From Candidatus Sericytochromatia bacterium (GTDB lineage Bacteria; Cyanobacteriota; Sericytochromatia; S15B-MN24; UBA4093): DNA of 64,000 bases. A program made the translations under genes and the position numbers. The DNA lies in assembly GCA_036676495.1 (NCBI GenBank), contig JAKFCT010000010.1, forward strand, positions 32,001 to 96,000, written 5' to 3'. The notes beneath the pieces are model-generated. The model had not been told where the DNA came from and searched no databases. It saw nothing but the letters and a program-made list of their open reading frames with translations. This document shows, in pieces, positions 48,707 through 59,215 of the stretch; position 1 is the first letter of the stretch, and the number at the start of each line of letters is the position of its first letter.

Positions 48707-49983
48707 TCCGCCCGACCTTCCAGGCCCTGGCCGCGGCGCTGCGGGGCCCCGACCCGACGCGGGAAGCCCCCCTCACCGAAGAGAACCTGCGCACGCACGT
48801 GCACCCGCTCTTCTCGCGCGTGCTCGCCCGCGACGAGATCTACCTGGCCAACCACTCGCTGGGCCGCCCGCTCGACGTCACCGCGAACGACGTCCAGGAA
48901 GCCCTGGACCTCTGGTACCGGGACCTGGACGGGGCCTGGGAGGCATGGCTGGACGAGATCCAGGCCTTCCGAAGCCGGACGGCCGCGCTGATCGGCGCGC
49001 CGCGGCCGGATTGCATCGCCCCCAAGACCAGCGCCGGGCAAGGGCTGCGCACCGTTCTCAACGCCAGCTCCAGTGGGGCCAGCCCCAGAGGGGCGAACCC
49101 GAGTGGGGCGAGCCCCCGAGGCTTGCGGGTGGTGACCACCCGCGGCGAGTTCGATTCCATCGACTTCATCCTCAAGGTCTACGCCCAGCAGGGCCTCATC
49201 GACCTGAAGGTGGTCGAGCCGGATGCGGCGGGGCGCTTCCATGCGGACGCGCTCCTGGACGCGCTGGGATCCGAGCCGGGCCTGATCGTGGTCTCGATGG
49301 TCATGTTCGGCACCGGTCAGGTGGTCTCGGGGCTCGATGCGTTCATCGCGCAGGCGCATGCGCGCGGGGCGCGGGTGCTGCTGGATCTCTACCATGCCGT
49401 GGGGGTCTTGCCCGTGGATCTTACGGCCCTGGACGCGGACTTCGCCATCGGAGGATCTTACAAGTACCTGCGGGGCGGAACCGGTGCCTGCTGGCTCTAC
49501 CTGCACCCGCGCCACCTGGACGGCAGCATGGTGCCGCTGGATACCGGCTGGTTCGCCAAGCAGGAGCCGTTCGGCTACGAGCGCCACGACCCTCCCCGCT
49601 TCGGGCCGGGGGGGGACGCCTTCCTGGAGTCCACCCCCCCGATTCTCCCCTTCTACCAGGCGCGTGCCGGTCAAGAGTTCACGCTCGCTCTCGGCATCCC
49701 GCGCCTTCGCGCATACTCGTTGACGCAGCAGCGGGAGCTGGTCTCCGCGCTGCAGGCCGAGGGCATTCCCGCCGTGGGTGGGCGCGAGGATCACGGCGCC
49801 TTCGTGGTGGTCACGCATGCCGAGGCTCCCGCGCTCGCCAAGCGATTGAAAGCCGAGGGCATCAACACCGATGCGCGGGGCCGCTCGCTCAGGCTCTGCC
49901 CCGACCTGCTCACTTCCTCCGAGGATCTGCGCAAAGCCGCGCGCCGCCTGGCTCAGGCCTGGCATGGGATAACAATCGGTTAG
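48703..49983 (+). CDS. kynU: Kynureninase-like PLP enzyme
   Basis: [24 protein letters not shown]; GTG overlaps the kynA stop. Confidence 0.85.
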   Translation: MIRPTFQALAAALRGPDPTREAPLTEENLRTHVHPLFSRVLARDEIYLANHSLGRPLDVTANDVQEALDLWYRDLDGAWEAWLDEIQAFRSRTAALIGAPRPDCIAPKTSAGQGLRTVLNASSSGASPRGANPSGASPRGLRVVTTRGEFDSIDFILKVYAQQGLIDLKVVEPDAAGRFHADALLDALGSEPGLIVVSMVMFGTGQVVSGLDAFIAQAHARGARVLLDLYHAVGVLPVDLTALDADFAIGGSYKYLRGGTGACWLYLHPRHLDGSMVPLDTGWFAKQEPFGYERHDPPRFGPGGDAFLESTPPILPFYQARAGQEFTLALGIPRLRAYSLTQQRELVSALQAEGIPAVGGREDHGAFVVVTHAEAPALAKRLKAEGINTDARGRSLRLCPDLLTSSEDLRKAARRLAQAWHGITIG

Positions 49984-50228
49984 GTTTCTTTAGAATGCTT
50001 AGAGAAGCGACGAAACGGGCCGGCTGAGGGCGACTCCCGGATCCGAAACCGGGTCTCGCGCCCCCCGCGCGGCATGTGGCCGATGTAAACTCGGTGACAA
50101 CTCAGCGACGGGCCAAACAGCCTGCTTGCTTAATATTGTTGCGGTTTGTAGGCCCTTCTAAGGGCGATCGAAAGGCTCTAGAATCCTCCTTGTGGACGTG
50201 ATCTCGGACGTCAGAAGGGAAGGACGCC

Positions 50229-50537
50229 ATGGATAACTGCAACTCCAGCAACCCCTCCAAGCCTACCCGCGGCCGCAAGCCCGCTTCGACCCCCAAGCCC
50301 CGCCGGAAGACCACCAAAAAGGCGGCAGCACCGGACTTCAACGTCGGGCAGGTCCATCTGCTCCTCGATCTGATGAAAGAATTCGCCTCGGACCTCGAAG
50401 CTCCGTCGTTCGAGGAGGATGGGGACATCGAGCTGACCCTGACCTCGGAAATGCCGGGCCTCGAAGCCTTCGTGCAGTTCAAGCTCGAGAACCTCCGGCG
50501 CCAGCAGGACGTGCTCGAAGCCCTGTGGAACTTGTAA
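50229..50537 (+). CDS. Hypothetical protein with basic N-terminal tail
   Basis: GGAAGG RBS; followed by a hairpin at 50546-50582. Confidence 0.65.
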   Translation: MDNCNSSNPSKPTRGRKPASTPKPRRKTTKKAAAPDFNVGQVHLLLDLMKEFASDLEAPSFEEDGDIELTLTSEMPGLEAFVQFKLENLRRQQDVLEALWNL

Positions 50538-50620
50538 GCCGCTATCGAAGGGCCCCCGGGAAGCGTTCCCGGGGGCCCTTCGCGTCGGGTGGCGCCGGCG
50601 GCTCGGGCGACGATAGACCG

Positions 50621-51421
50621 TCAGAAGAGGCGTTTGAGGAAGGCCGTCAGCGCCTCCCAGGAGCGCTGATCCGCCTTCTCGTTGTAGGCCGCTCCCTTGG
50701 AGGGGTCGTTGCCCGCAGCGGGGTTGGTGAAGGAGTGAACGGCCCCGCCGTAGGAATTCATCTGCCAATCGACCTTCGCGCTTCGCATCTCCGCCTGGAA
50801 GGCGCTCACCTCCGCGGGGGGCACGAACGGATCGTCGGCACCGTGGAGACTCAGGACCTGCCCCTTGATGTTGCGAGCATCGGCGGGATTGGGAGTGTCC
50901 AGGTTGCCATGGAAGCTCACGGTCCCCCGCAGGGGGGCGCCACTACGGGCCAATTCCAAGGCGACGCCGCCTCCGAAGCAGTACCCCATCGCCGCGAGCT
51001 GGGTCCCGTCCACCCGCGGGTGAGTCCTCAAGGCCTCGAGCCCTGCCTGAGCCCGCGCGCGCATCAAGGCTCGATCCTGGCGCAGCGCGGTTGCCCACTG
51101 CGCCGCCTCCTTGGCATCCTTGGCCGTCCGCCCCTCACCGTACATGTCGGCGGCGAGCGCCACGTAGCCCAGTTTCGCCACCGCTTCGGCCTTCTGGCGG
51201 GTCAGCGGGACCAGCCCCATCCATTCATGGACGACCAGGACGCCGGGACGGCGCCCTGGTAGCGCATCGTCGTAGACCAGGTCCCCGCGAAAGGTCTGAC
51301 CGGCATGCTGGTAGGTCACGGGCTCGTGCTTGATGGCCGCCGCCGCGGGAGCGGCGTGGGCAGCGACGAGAAGCGGGGCCACGAGAAACGGGGCAAATCG
51401 AAGCGGCTTCAAACGCGACAT
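50621..51421 (-). CDS. Dienelactone hydrolase family protein (exported)
   Basis: HEWMG, GYCFGG, HGADDP, HSFTNP. Confidence 0.92.
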   Translation of the reverse strand: MSRLKPLRFAPFLVAPLLVAAHAAPAAAAIKHEPVTYQHAGQTFRGDLVYDDALPGRRPGVLVVHEWMGLVPLTRQKAEAVAKLGYVALAADMYGEGRTAKDAKEAAQWATALRQDRALMRARAQAGLEALRTHPRVDGTQLAAMGYCFGGGVALELARSGAPLRGTVSFHGNLDTPNPADARNIKGQVLSLHGADDPFVPPAEVSAFQAEMRSAKVDWQMNSYGGAVHSFTNPAAGNDPSKGAAYNEKADQRSWEALTAFLKRLF

Positions 51422-51569
51422 GGCGATCCTCCGATGAACATGGAAGCGAACGGTCCAAGCTCGGTATACGGCATGACGACTCCCGGAGCAAGGTCGCGTT
51501 AGACCCGTGGGGGCGAGGGGTAGATAGATAATTAGCCAAACGTCTAAATGCTAGATGATGGGAGCAGCC

Positions 51570-51878
51570 ATGTCCCAAACCTCGGTATTCAAGGCCCTTG
51601 CCGATCCCACGCGACGGCAGATCCTGTCCCGCCTCAAGGCAGGCCCTCTGAGCGCGGGGCAGATCGCCGACGGCTTCGCCATGTCCAAGCCCTCGATCTC
51701 CCACCACTTGAGCCTGCTCAAGGCCGCGGAGCTCATCGTGAGTGAAAAAGACGGCCAATTCCTGATCTACTCGCTCAACCTGTCGGTCTTCGAGGAAGTC
51801 GCCGCCGCCATGTTCGAACTCTTTGCGACTCCCCCCCTTCCCGAGATCCCCAAGAAAGGAGCGCCCCATGAAGCCTGA
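51570..51878 (+). CDS. ArsR-family repressor, SdpR-like
   Basis: FKALADPTRRQIL, SKPSISHHL, GQF..YSLN; upstream imperfect palindrome TTAGCCAAACGTCTAA. Confidence 0.88.
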   Translation: MSQTSVFKALADPTRRQILSRLKAGPLSAGQIADGFAMSKPSISHHLSLLKAAELIVSEKDGQFLIYSLNLSVFEEVAAAMFELFATPPLPEIPKKGAPHEA

Positions 51879-52593
51879 CCGCGCCAAACTCGCGCTGCCG
51901 CTCGGCTTGCTCGGCCTGAACGTCGCCATCAGCCTCGGCTTCTTGCTCGGCGGCAAGCTGCCCGACCCGGCACCCGCGGGCTTCTGGATCGACGGTTCGG
52001 TGCTCTCCGAAGCTCCCGCCTGGGTGGTGGCCTTCCGGTTGCCCATGATCATGGCCGTGCTGCTCCTCAGCATCGGAGCGGCCCTCAAGTGGGACCCGCG
52101 CTTCTCCGCCCCGCAGCGGCGCCGCAGAGGCGCCTGGGGGGCCGCCACCAACATCGTCCTGGCCGTGGGCTGCCTCGGGAACTTCAACTATCTTTCAGCG
52201 GCTTCAGCGGGCGCCTTCCTCATGACGCCCCTGCACGTGATCCCCTTGGGGCTCCTGCTAATCGGCGTCGGCAACGTCGTCGCCAAGAGCGCCAGCAATG
52301 GCTTCTGGGGGCTCCACACCCCCTGGACCCGCCAGCATGAATCCGTGGAACGTCGAACCAACCGGCTCCTCGGAATCCTTTGGATGCTCGAAGGCCTGGG
52401 ACTCGTTCTGGCCAGCCCGTTCATCGGGGACGCCACCTCCTGGGTCGCTTCCTGGGCGGCTCTCGGCGCGGGAGGCTATCTGGCCCTGACGGGCGTGGCG
52501 ATCGTCCTTCTCGCCTTCTTGCCAATCGGCATCGCCGCGTTGGCCTCCTACCAGTTCGCCAAGCAAGCGCCCACGCCGGCTGTGGTGGACTGA
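51868..52593 (+). CDS. SdpI-like membrane immunity protein
   Basis: Multi-TM; GN..AK..SN.FWGLHTPWT...RRTNR; adjacent to SdpR-like gene. Confidence 0.75.
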   Translation: MKPDRAKLALPLGLLGLNVAISLGFLLGGKLPDPAPAGFWIDGSVLSEAPAWVVAFRLPMIMAVLLLSIGAALKWDPRFSAPQRRRRGAWGAATNIVLAVGCLGNFNYLSAASAGAFLMTPLHVIPLGLLLIGVGNVVAKSASNGFWGLHTPWTRQHESVERRTNRLLGILWMLEGLGLVLASPFIGDATSWVASWAALGAGGYLALTGVAIVLLAFLPIGIAALASYQFAKQAPTPAVVD

Positions 52594-52595
52594 CC

Positions 52596-52889
52596 ATGCT
52601 TTCGCTCTTTCCATTCCTGATCATCGGAGCGATCGGCGGCGGATTCCTCCTGTTGATCCTCACCGACAAGCTCGGCTGGACCAGCGTCTACAAGAAGCGA
52701 GACCCGGGGACCTCGATCCTCGGAGGCGTTCTGCTGGGCTCGGAGCAGCTCTTCGCCCCGGAACACCGGCGGGCTGCCATCGAATACCGGATCGAGGGAA
52801 AGGATCGCCTCCGGCAGCAGCAGGCAGGGGACGGCCATGACCGCGACGGACAGGGCCCCTCGGAGGCCGGAGAGGGAAGGTCCCTTTAA
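52596..52889 (+). CDS. Small single-TM hypothetical protein
   Basis: ATG 2 nt after the upstream stop; N-terminal TM. Confidence 0.6.
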   Translation: MLSLFPFLIIGAIGGGFLLLILTDKLGWTSVYKKRDPGTSILGGVLLGSEQLFAPEHRRAAIEYRIEGKDRLRQQQAGDGHDRDGQGPSEAGEGRSL

Positions 52890-54268
52890 GCCGGCCGGCC
52901 GGCCCGCACCTCGCGCTCGAGGCGGTCATGCAGCCATGGCACCACCGCCGCATGCTCGGGCTTCATGAGGCACGAGCGCAGGACCGTGACCGTCGGCTGA
53001 TCCCAAACCAGGTTCGGAGCCCGTGCCTCCACCAGCGCCCGCGGAAGCACCAGCTTGGCGAGGTAGAGCGGCTCGGCCGGATCGGCCATGAGCGCCTCGA
53101 AGATCCGATCCGTCTCGCGGCTGACGGCGCTGGCCGCCGCCCCCTGCGTCCCCCCGAGCTGAGGGAAGAACGCCAGGATGTCCAGTTCCGGAGGCATCAC
53201 CAGGTGCAGCCAGGGGCTTGCCTCGATCCGGGCTGCCCAGTCGAGAGCGGCGCGGCGGGTGGCCTGGAGCACCGGCCCCAGCCCTTCCGAGGCCGACAGC
53301 GGGAAACAGCGCAAGGTGGCCCAGAACGCAGCCGCCGCGGCGCCTGCCCGCGAGCACTCCAGGCTGATCTCCCCGAGGTGCAGCTCCGCGGAAGTGAAGT
53401 AGGTGTAAGGCGAGTCGTGCTTGTAGAAGCGCCCCACCGAGGCGTCCCGGAACAGCACCGCCCCGCAGCCGTAGGGCTGCAAGCCGTGCTTATGGGGGTC
53501 GATCACCACAGAATCCGCCTGGGCGATCGCCCGGAACGCCTCCGCGGCCAACGGAGCGAGCTCGGAATCGGCAAGCAGGCGATAGAACCCCCCGTAGGCC
53601 GCATCGACGTGCAAGCGGAAGCCCCGCTCGCGGCCCATCGCAACCAAGCGATCGATCGGATCCACGGCTCCCAGCCCGGTGGTGCCGGCCGTCGCCACCA
53701 CCGTTCCGATGGCCTCGGACTCCAGCAACCGCTCGAGCATGGTCAGATCCATGCGGCCATGGGCGTCCACGTCGACGGGAAACGCCTTGAGGCCCAGCAC
53801 CTCGCTCATGCGGGAATGGGTGTAATGGGCCTGGCGCGAGTAGGCGATCGCCTTCTCCGGATGCAGCGAGCGCGCGACCCAAAGCGCCTCGAGGTTGGCG
53901 ATGGTCCCGGAGCTGGTGAGGTGAGCCAAGGGCGCGTCGAAGCCGAACATGGCCGCGAGCTGGGCGATCGCCTCGCGCTCCAAGGCCGCGGTGGCGGGGC
54001 CTCCGTCGAGGGCATGGTTGTTGGGATTGACGGTCATGGCCATCATGTAGGCCATCATCGCCACGGGATGGGGAGGCTTCAGCATCTGCCCCGCGTAGTG
54101 GGGATGGAAGAAGGGATAGTTGTCGCGAAGCCGCTCGGCGAGCTCGTCGAGGGTATGCTGCAACTTGCCGGGATCGACCGAGAGCTCGGGGGCCGGATCG
54201 AACGAAGGCCAAAGCTGTTGCCAGGCGGCCATCATATCGAGCCCTCGATTGAGCAAATGCCGATCCAT
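52886..54268 (-). CDS. Group II PLP-dependent decarboxylase
   Basis: [30 protein letters not shown]. Confidence 0.9.
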   Translation of the reverse strand: MDRHLLNRGLDMMAAWQQLWPSFDPAPELSVDPGKLQHTLDELAERLRDNYPFFHPHYAGQMLKPPHPVAMMAYMMAMTVNPNNHALDGGPATAALEREAIAQLAAMFGFDAPLAHLTSSGTIANLEALWVARSLHPEKAIAYSRQAHYTHSRMSEVLGLKAFPVDVDAHGRMDLTMLERLLESEAIGTVVATAGTTGLGAVDPIDRLVAMGRERGFRLHVDAAYGGFYRLLADSELAPLAAEAFRAIAQADSVVIDPHKHGLQPYGCGAVLFRDASVGRFYKHDSPYTYFTSAELHLGEISLECSRAGAAAAAFWATLRCFPLSASEGLGPVLQATRRAALDWAARIEASPWLHLVMPPELDILAFFPQLGGTQGAAASAVSRETDRIFEALMADPAEPLYLAKLVLPRALVEARAPNLVWDQPTVTVLRSCLMKPEHAAVVPWLHDRLEREVRAGRPA

Positions 54269-54502
54269 GATTCCCCCTCCATCCGGGCGCCCGTGAAGGC
54301 GCCCATGCCGCGTATCCGTCTCCTTCCATTCAACGCGCCGCGCCAGGGGGCGTCAACCACGCCTCCTGGCGACGCCGTTCCGGCGCAGGCCTTGACAAAG
54401 ATCCGAAACAGACTATCTGGACCTCGGCAAACTTGTCCGGTAAACTAGCCTTTGTAATGAGGTCAGCCTGCCCTTGGGCAGGGCCGATGAGGCAGGGAAG
54501 GC

Positions 54503-56356
54503 ATGATCAACCGAGAACTCATCCCGGACGTCGCGGCTGACGAGCTTTTGCGGCTGCGCGCCGAACTGGCGGAAGCCCATGAGGCGATCGCCGAACTCGA
54601 GGCCCGAAACCAGAAGCTGCAGGCCGAGCTCGCCTCTCGTCAACGCGCGGTGCTTCAGAGTTTCGAAGCGACCCTTCACTCCTTTGCCAAGAGCCTGCTG
54701 AGCTCGACCGAAAAAGCCTTTTTCAGCTTGCTGAGTCAATCCCTGGCCAAGGCGCTGGGAGTGGACCACGTCCTGATTGGCGAGGTGAGCGAGCCGGGCC
54801 AGGGGCGAACCCTCGCCTACTATGCCGACGGCCAGACCTCGGAGAACTTCAGCTATCCCCTCGCGGGCACTCCCTGCGCCGTGGCCCTCGAGTGGCAGAA
54901 CTGTCTCTTCGCACAGGGGGTCCAGGAACGCTTTCCCGAGGCGATCGCCCTGCGCGAGTTGCAAGTCGACGCCTACGCCGCAACGGCCCTTTGCGACGAG
55001 TCGGGAGAGGCCCTGGGCTTGATCGCGGTCATGCAGCGGACGCCCTTCGCCTTTCCGGAGGCCGTCGAAACGCTGCTGCGCTTGGTGGCAAAACCGGCCA
55101 CGGCCGAGCTCCTGCGCCTCCGCTCGGAATCGGAGAGCGCCCGGCGGGCGCGGGCGCTGGAAGCGGCGTATGCGGCCCTGCAGGACCACAGCCTGCGGAT
55201 CGAGGCCGAGATCGCCCAGCGCAACCGGGAGCTGACCAGCGAGAAAGCGCTCATCGACCACATCATCGCCTCGATTCCGGTCGGCATCCTGTACCTGGAT
55301 CGCAACCTGGTCGTGCGCTGGACCAATGCCGAACAGCTGCGCATCACGGCCATGGGGCCCGATCGCATCGTCAACCGCTCGATTTTCGAACTCTTCCCGG
55401 GCCTGGAGCCGGAGGATGCGCGCTTCGACGACGTGCTGACCCACGGCAAGGATATCCGCATCACGAGCCATGCCCTGGAAGTCGGCAACCGCACCATCCA
55501 CATCGACGGGACCATGGTCCCCATTTTCGAGGAAGACCGGTCGGTCAAGGGGATTCTGCTCTTCGCCAACGACGTCTCCGCCCGGGTCGAAAACGAACGG
55601 CTTCAGCAGGAGCAAATCGAGGCCCTCCGCGAGCTCGACCGGCTGAAGGGGGATTTCATCAACGCCGCGTCCCATGAGTTGCGCACGCCGCTGACGTCCA
55701 TCACGGGCTATTCCGAGTTCCTCGAGGACGAGGTCGGCGGGCCGTTGAGCCTCGATCAACGGGGGTTCGTCACCCAGATCCAGGAAGGTGCGAAGCGGCT
55801 GCAGCGAATCGTCGACGACATGCTCGACTTCGCCCGGCTGGAAGCCGGCTCCTTCAAGCTGGTCGTCCGGGAAGCCGACCTGGGATTGCTGGTTCAAGAG
55901 GAGCTGGCTTTCGTGCAACCCCAGGCGCAGGACGCCCACGTGACCCTACGGACGGAGCTGCCCTCGGAGCCGCTGCACGTCCCCATGGATCCGAGCCGGA
56001 TCGGCCAGGTGCTCTTGAATCTCCTGGGGAATGCCATCAAGTTCACCCCGGCGGGCGGACAGGTCACCATCGCGATCCGGACCGAGCGCGACGCCGTGCG
56101 GGTGGAGGTGCGCGATACCGGGATCGGTATCTCCGAGGACCATATCGGAAGGTTGTTCCAGAAGTTCTTTCAGGTGGACCCCAGCATGACGCGGGAGCGC
56201 GGCGGGGCGGGCCTGGGGCTTTCGATCGCCAAGGCCCTGATCGAGGCGCATGGCGGCCGGATCGGAGTGGCCAGCCGTCTCGGAGAGGGAAGCACCTTCT
56301 GGTTCACCCTCCCGCGGCTCGGCGAGATCGACGAATCGGCCCTTATCCTCGAATGA
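54503..56356 (+). CDS. GAF-PAS sensor histidine kinase (cytoplasmic)
   Basis: LAGTPC GAF motif, PAS, SHELRTPL, NAIKF, DTGIG, GAGLGL. Confidence 0.93.
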   Translation: MINRELIPDVAADELLRLRAELAEAHEAIAELEARNQKLQAELASRQRAVLQSFEATLHSFAKSLLSSTEKAFFSLLSQSLAKALGVDHVLIGEVSEPGQGRTLAYYADGQTSENFSYPLAGTPCAVALEWQNCLFAQGVQERFPEAIALRELQVDAYAATALCDESGEALGLIAVMQRTPFAFPEAVETLLRLVAKPATAELLRLRSESESARRARALEAAYAALQDHSLRIEAEIAQRNRELTSEKALIDHIIASIPVGILYLDRNLVVRWTNAEQLRITAMGPDRIVNRSIFELFPGLEPEDARFDDVLTHGKDIRITSHALEVGNRTIHIDGTMVPIFEEDRSVKGILLFANDVSARVENERLQQEQIEALRELDRLKGDFINAASHELRTPLTSITGYSEFLEDEVGGPLSLDQRGFVTQIQEGAKRLQRIVDDMLDFARLEAGSFKLVVREADLGLLVQEELAFVQPQAQDAHVTLRTELPSEPLHVPMDPSRIGQVLLNLLGNAIKFTPAGGQVTIAIRTERDAVRVEVRDTGIGISEDHIGRLFQKFFQVDPSMTRERGGAGLGLSIAKALIEAHGGRIGVASRLGEGSTFWFTLPRLGEIDESALILE

Positions 56357-56405
56357 GCGCGCATGGCCAGGCGGCCTTGCCGGGCGCGGGCCGTCGCCCT
56401 CGGCG

Positions 56406-56570
56406 CTAGGCGCCCAGCGCGGCTCCCATGAGCATCACGAGCACGAGCAGCGTGAGCTTGAGTTCGAAGAGCTCCTCGACATCCCAGAAGCGCCGGATCC
56501 AGGATCGCCGTCCGCCTGAAAGCACGCGCAGGCGGGGAGCTTTGACAGGTTGATGCGTCCGGATCATCAC
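56406..56570 (-). CDS. Small single-TM protein under a LexA-boxed promoter
   Basis: GAGGGAGG RBS then GTG/ATG; MIRTHQPVKAPRLRVLSGGRRSWIRRFWDVEELFELKLTLLVLVMLMGAALGA. Confidence 0.65.
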   Translation of the reverse strand: MMIRTHQPVKAPRLRVLSGGRRSWIRRFWDVEELFELKLTLLVLVMLMGAALGA

Positions 56571-56724
56571 GACCTCCCTCGATAAACGTTGTTGCCGCAT
56601 GGACCAGCCTTGGTCGCTTCAGGCCCGCTTCGCGTTCCCAACCGCAGGCGCTGCGCCATCGCCGCTGGGAGCGCAGGCCCGTCTCCCTGCCCATCGAACA
56701 AACAATCGACCAATTTCCTCCGCG

Positions 56725-56753
56725 AGTGTATAATCGAACATACGTACTGTCAA
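56725..56753 (-). promoter_or_regulatory. Sigma70 promoter with LexA box in the spacer
   Basis: Minus strand TTGACA-17 bp-TACACT containing AGTAC-GTAT-GTTCG. Confidence 0.75.
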
Positions 56754-56861
56754 GCGCCGGAGGCACGCCCTAGGCAATCGACCGGCTTGATGTTACGATA
56801 TGAATCATTGTTAAGCTTGCTGCCAAACCATGGCACTCACTGGGAAGCGAAGGAGAGCACG

Positions 56862-57002
56862 ATGCAGAAGGCTCGGGAAGCGAAGCTGGGGTTGCTGGCC
56901 CTGCTCAAGGTCTCACATACGCTGAAGGGGCAAGGAGAGCTTCAGTTCATCGGGCGCACGGGCCTTCTGGGTCGGATGATGGGCTGGGCCCGCCGCCGCT
57001 AG
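56862..57002 (+). CDS. Small basic hypothetical protein (46 aa)
   Basis: AAGGAG RBS then ATG. Confidence 0.45.
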   Translation: MQKAREAKLGLLALLKVSHTLKGQGELQFIGRTGLLGRMMGWARRR

Positions 57003-57107
57003 CGGATCGCGCGCGGGCGCTCCCCGCCGGCCGTGCCGGCCCCCGACGCCGCTTTCGCGGGAGAATCGTTCCTTGACGGGCGCATGCCGAGGCGATAAAA
57101 TGCCCGA

Positions 57108-57640
57108 GTCAGTGGGACGGGTGATCGCGGGGACCTTGGGTCCCTGAGGAAAGTCCGAGCTCCCCAGGGCAGGACGCTGGGTAACGCCCAGTGGGGGAAA
57201 CCCCGAGGATAGTGCCACAGAAAGATACCGCCCGACACACCTGCAGCCTCCACGCATTTCGAAACCCATTCGAGATCTGCCGGCAAGGAAGACTCGCAGC
57301 TTCAATCCGCCACGCACCCGCAAGGGAACGCCGCCCCGTGACCGCCTCGCGCGGTTCCGGAACGAGGTAGGGAACGGATTGCGGAACGCGACGGAAGACG
57401 GGATTCAGCAGGGAAGCAACTGGTGTCGGGTAAGGGTGCAAAGGTGGGGTAAGAGCCCACCAGCAGTCGGGTGACCGGCTGGCTAGGTAAACCCCGTCCG
57501 GAGCAAGACCAAACAGGGGAAGTTGACGCGGCCCGCCGATTCCCCGGGTAAGGTCGCATGAGGCGTCGGGAGACCGGCGTCCCAGAGAGATGATCACCCC
57601 CGCTGCGGGGGGACAGAACTCGGCTTACAGGCCCACTGAC
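57108..57640 (+). ncRNA. rnpB: RNase P RNA (type A) with enlarged P12
   Basis: GAGGAAAGTCC, AGTGCCACAGAAA, GGTAAACCCC, ACAGAACTCGGCTTA; promoter TTGACG-17-TAAAAT at 57073; hairpin at 57642-57667. Confidence 0.96.
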
Positions 57641-57751
57641 CGGGGGGCATCCCGCAGGATGCCCCCCACTTCTCATGAAAGCGCAGTTTGACTGGGTCTT
57701 GAGCCCGGCGTGTGGCGAGGGTCACAGACCCCACCCAAGGGAGAGCGTACG

Positions 57752-58681
57752 GTGAAAGACGCCGGATTCCATCACGTTTCCGTCCTACTGGAGGAAGTCC
57801 TGGACAGCCTCCGTCCCGCTCCGGGCGGGAGGTTCCTGGATGGAACCGTCGGAGGAGCCGGCCATTCCGCCGCCCTGTTGTCGCGGGTCGGGCCGGAGGG
57901 GTACCTGTACGGGATCGACCAGGATCCCGCGGCCTTGGCGGTCGCCCAGGAGCGTCTCCAGCAGGTCGGCAGCAACTTCGCGCTGCGCCAAGGCAACTTC
58001 GCCGACGTGCTGCCGGACTGGGATCTCCCCCCCTTGAACGGGATTCTTCTCGACCTGGGGGTCTCTTCGCATCAGCTGGACACCGCCGAGCGCGGCTTCA
58101 GCTTCCGCCTCGAGGGCCCTCTCGACATGCGGATGGGAGAAGAAGGTCCCAGCGCGGCCGACCTGGTGAACGGCCTGGCTGAGCGGGAGCTGGTGGATAT
58201 CCTCTTCCGGTACGGGGAGGAGCGGCACGCCCGAGCCATCGTGCGCGCCATCCTCAAGCGCCGGTCCGAACAGCCTTTCCGGACGACCCGGGAGCTGGCG
58301 GAAGTCATCGAACGGGTGATCCCGGCCCACAAGGCGGGGGGCATCCACTCCGCGACCCGGACCTTCCAGGCCCTCAGGATCGCGGTGAACCGGGAGCTCG
58401 AGGTGCTCGAGCAGGTCCTGCCGGCGGCGATCGCCAAGCTCGCCCCAGGAGGACGGCTCGCCGTCATCAGCTTCCATTCCCTGGAGGATCGGATCGTCAA
58501 GACCGTCTTCCGGGACATGGCCAAGTCATGCGTCTGCCCGCCGAAGCTGCCCATCTGCGTCTGCGGGACGGTGCCGACGGTCAAGGTCATCACGACGAAG
58601 CCGATCGAGGCTTCGGAGGACGAGGTCCGGGCCAACCCCCGGTCGCGCTCGGCCAAGCTACGGGTGGCGGAACGGATCTAG
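57752..58681 (+). CDS. rsmH: 16S rRNA m4C1402 methyltransferase
   Basis: HVSVLL, DGTVGGAGH, DLGVSS, FHSLEDR, NPRSRSAKLR. Confidence 0.96.
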   Translation: MKDAGFHHVSVLLEEVLDSLRPAPGGRFLDGTVGGAGHSAALLSRVGPEGYLYGIDQDPAALAVAQERLQQVGSNFALRQGNFADVLPDWDLPPLNGILLDLGVSSHQLDTAERGFSFRLEGPLDMRMGEEGPSAADLVNGLAERELVDILFRYGEERHARAIVRAILKRRSEQPFRTTRELAEVIERVIPAHKAGGIHSATRTFQALRIAVNRELEVLEQVLPAAIAKLAPGGRLAVISFHSLEDRIVKTVFRDMAKSCVCPPKLPICVCGTVPTVKVITTKPIEASEDEVRANPRSRSAKLRVAERI

Positions 58682-58747
58682 CGGCCAAGGCCCTTGCCAA
58701 CGACGGCGAGTCCACAGGGGTCGTGCACGAGGGTCGAGGGGAGAGCA

Positions 58748-59215
58748 ATGGCAGAGCCCGTATCGAAAGAAAACGCCCTGGTCCGGCGGGCTGAAACGCT
58801 GCCTCTGGCCCTGCCCCAGCTTTCCGCGAATGCCCGTCTGGCCCCGCCGCGCACGGTGCCGCTCGACGAGCGCGAGCCGTGGACCGTCCTATCGAGCAAG
58901 CCTCGGAAGCGCAAGCTCGGCATCGAGGCCGTCCTCATGACCCTGGTGGCCGCCAACGTCGCGCTCTACACCGTCACGGTCGTCCAGGAAGCGGGGCTCA
59001 CCCGCCTGCAGAGCGAGATCCGCGATCGCCGCCAAGAGCTGGTCCGCCTGCGCACCGAGCTTGCGCGCGTCCAGTCCCTGGATCAAATCGAACTGAGCGC
59101 CAAGACGCTCGGCATGGTTCGGCCCAAATCCGCCCTCTACGTCGCCCCGCCGGCTCCCTTGCCTCTCAAGACCCGGGTGGCTCGCGCCCCCTTTGGAGCC
59201 CCTGAGGGGTACTGA
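58748..59215 (+). CDS. ftsL: Cell division protein FtsL-like
   Basis: TM plus coiled coil plus A..LGM..P; lies between rsmH and ftsI. Confidence 0.7.
   Translation: MAEPVSKENALVRRAETLPLALPQLSANARLAPPRTVPLDEREPWTVLSSKPRKRKLGIEAVLMTLVAANVALYTVTVVQEAGLTRLQSEIRDRRQELVRLRTELARVQSLDQIELSAKTLGMVRPKSALYVAPPAPLPLKTRVARAPFGAPEGY

Noticed and set aside
57668-57751. Absence of mraZ before rsmH
   Set aside because: Common in several lineages; not novel by itself
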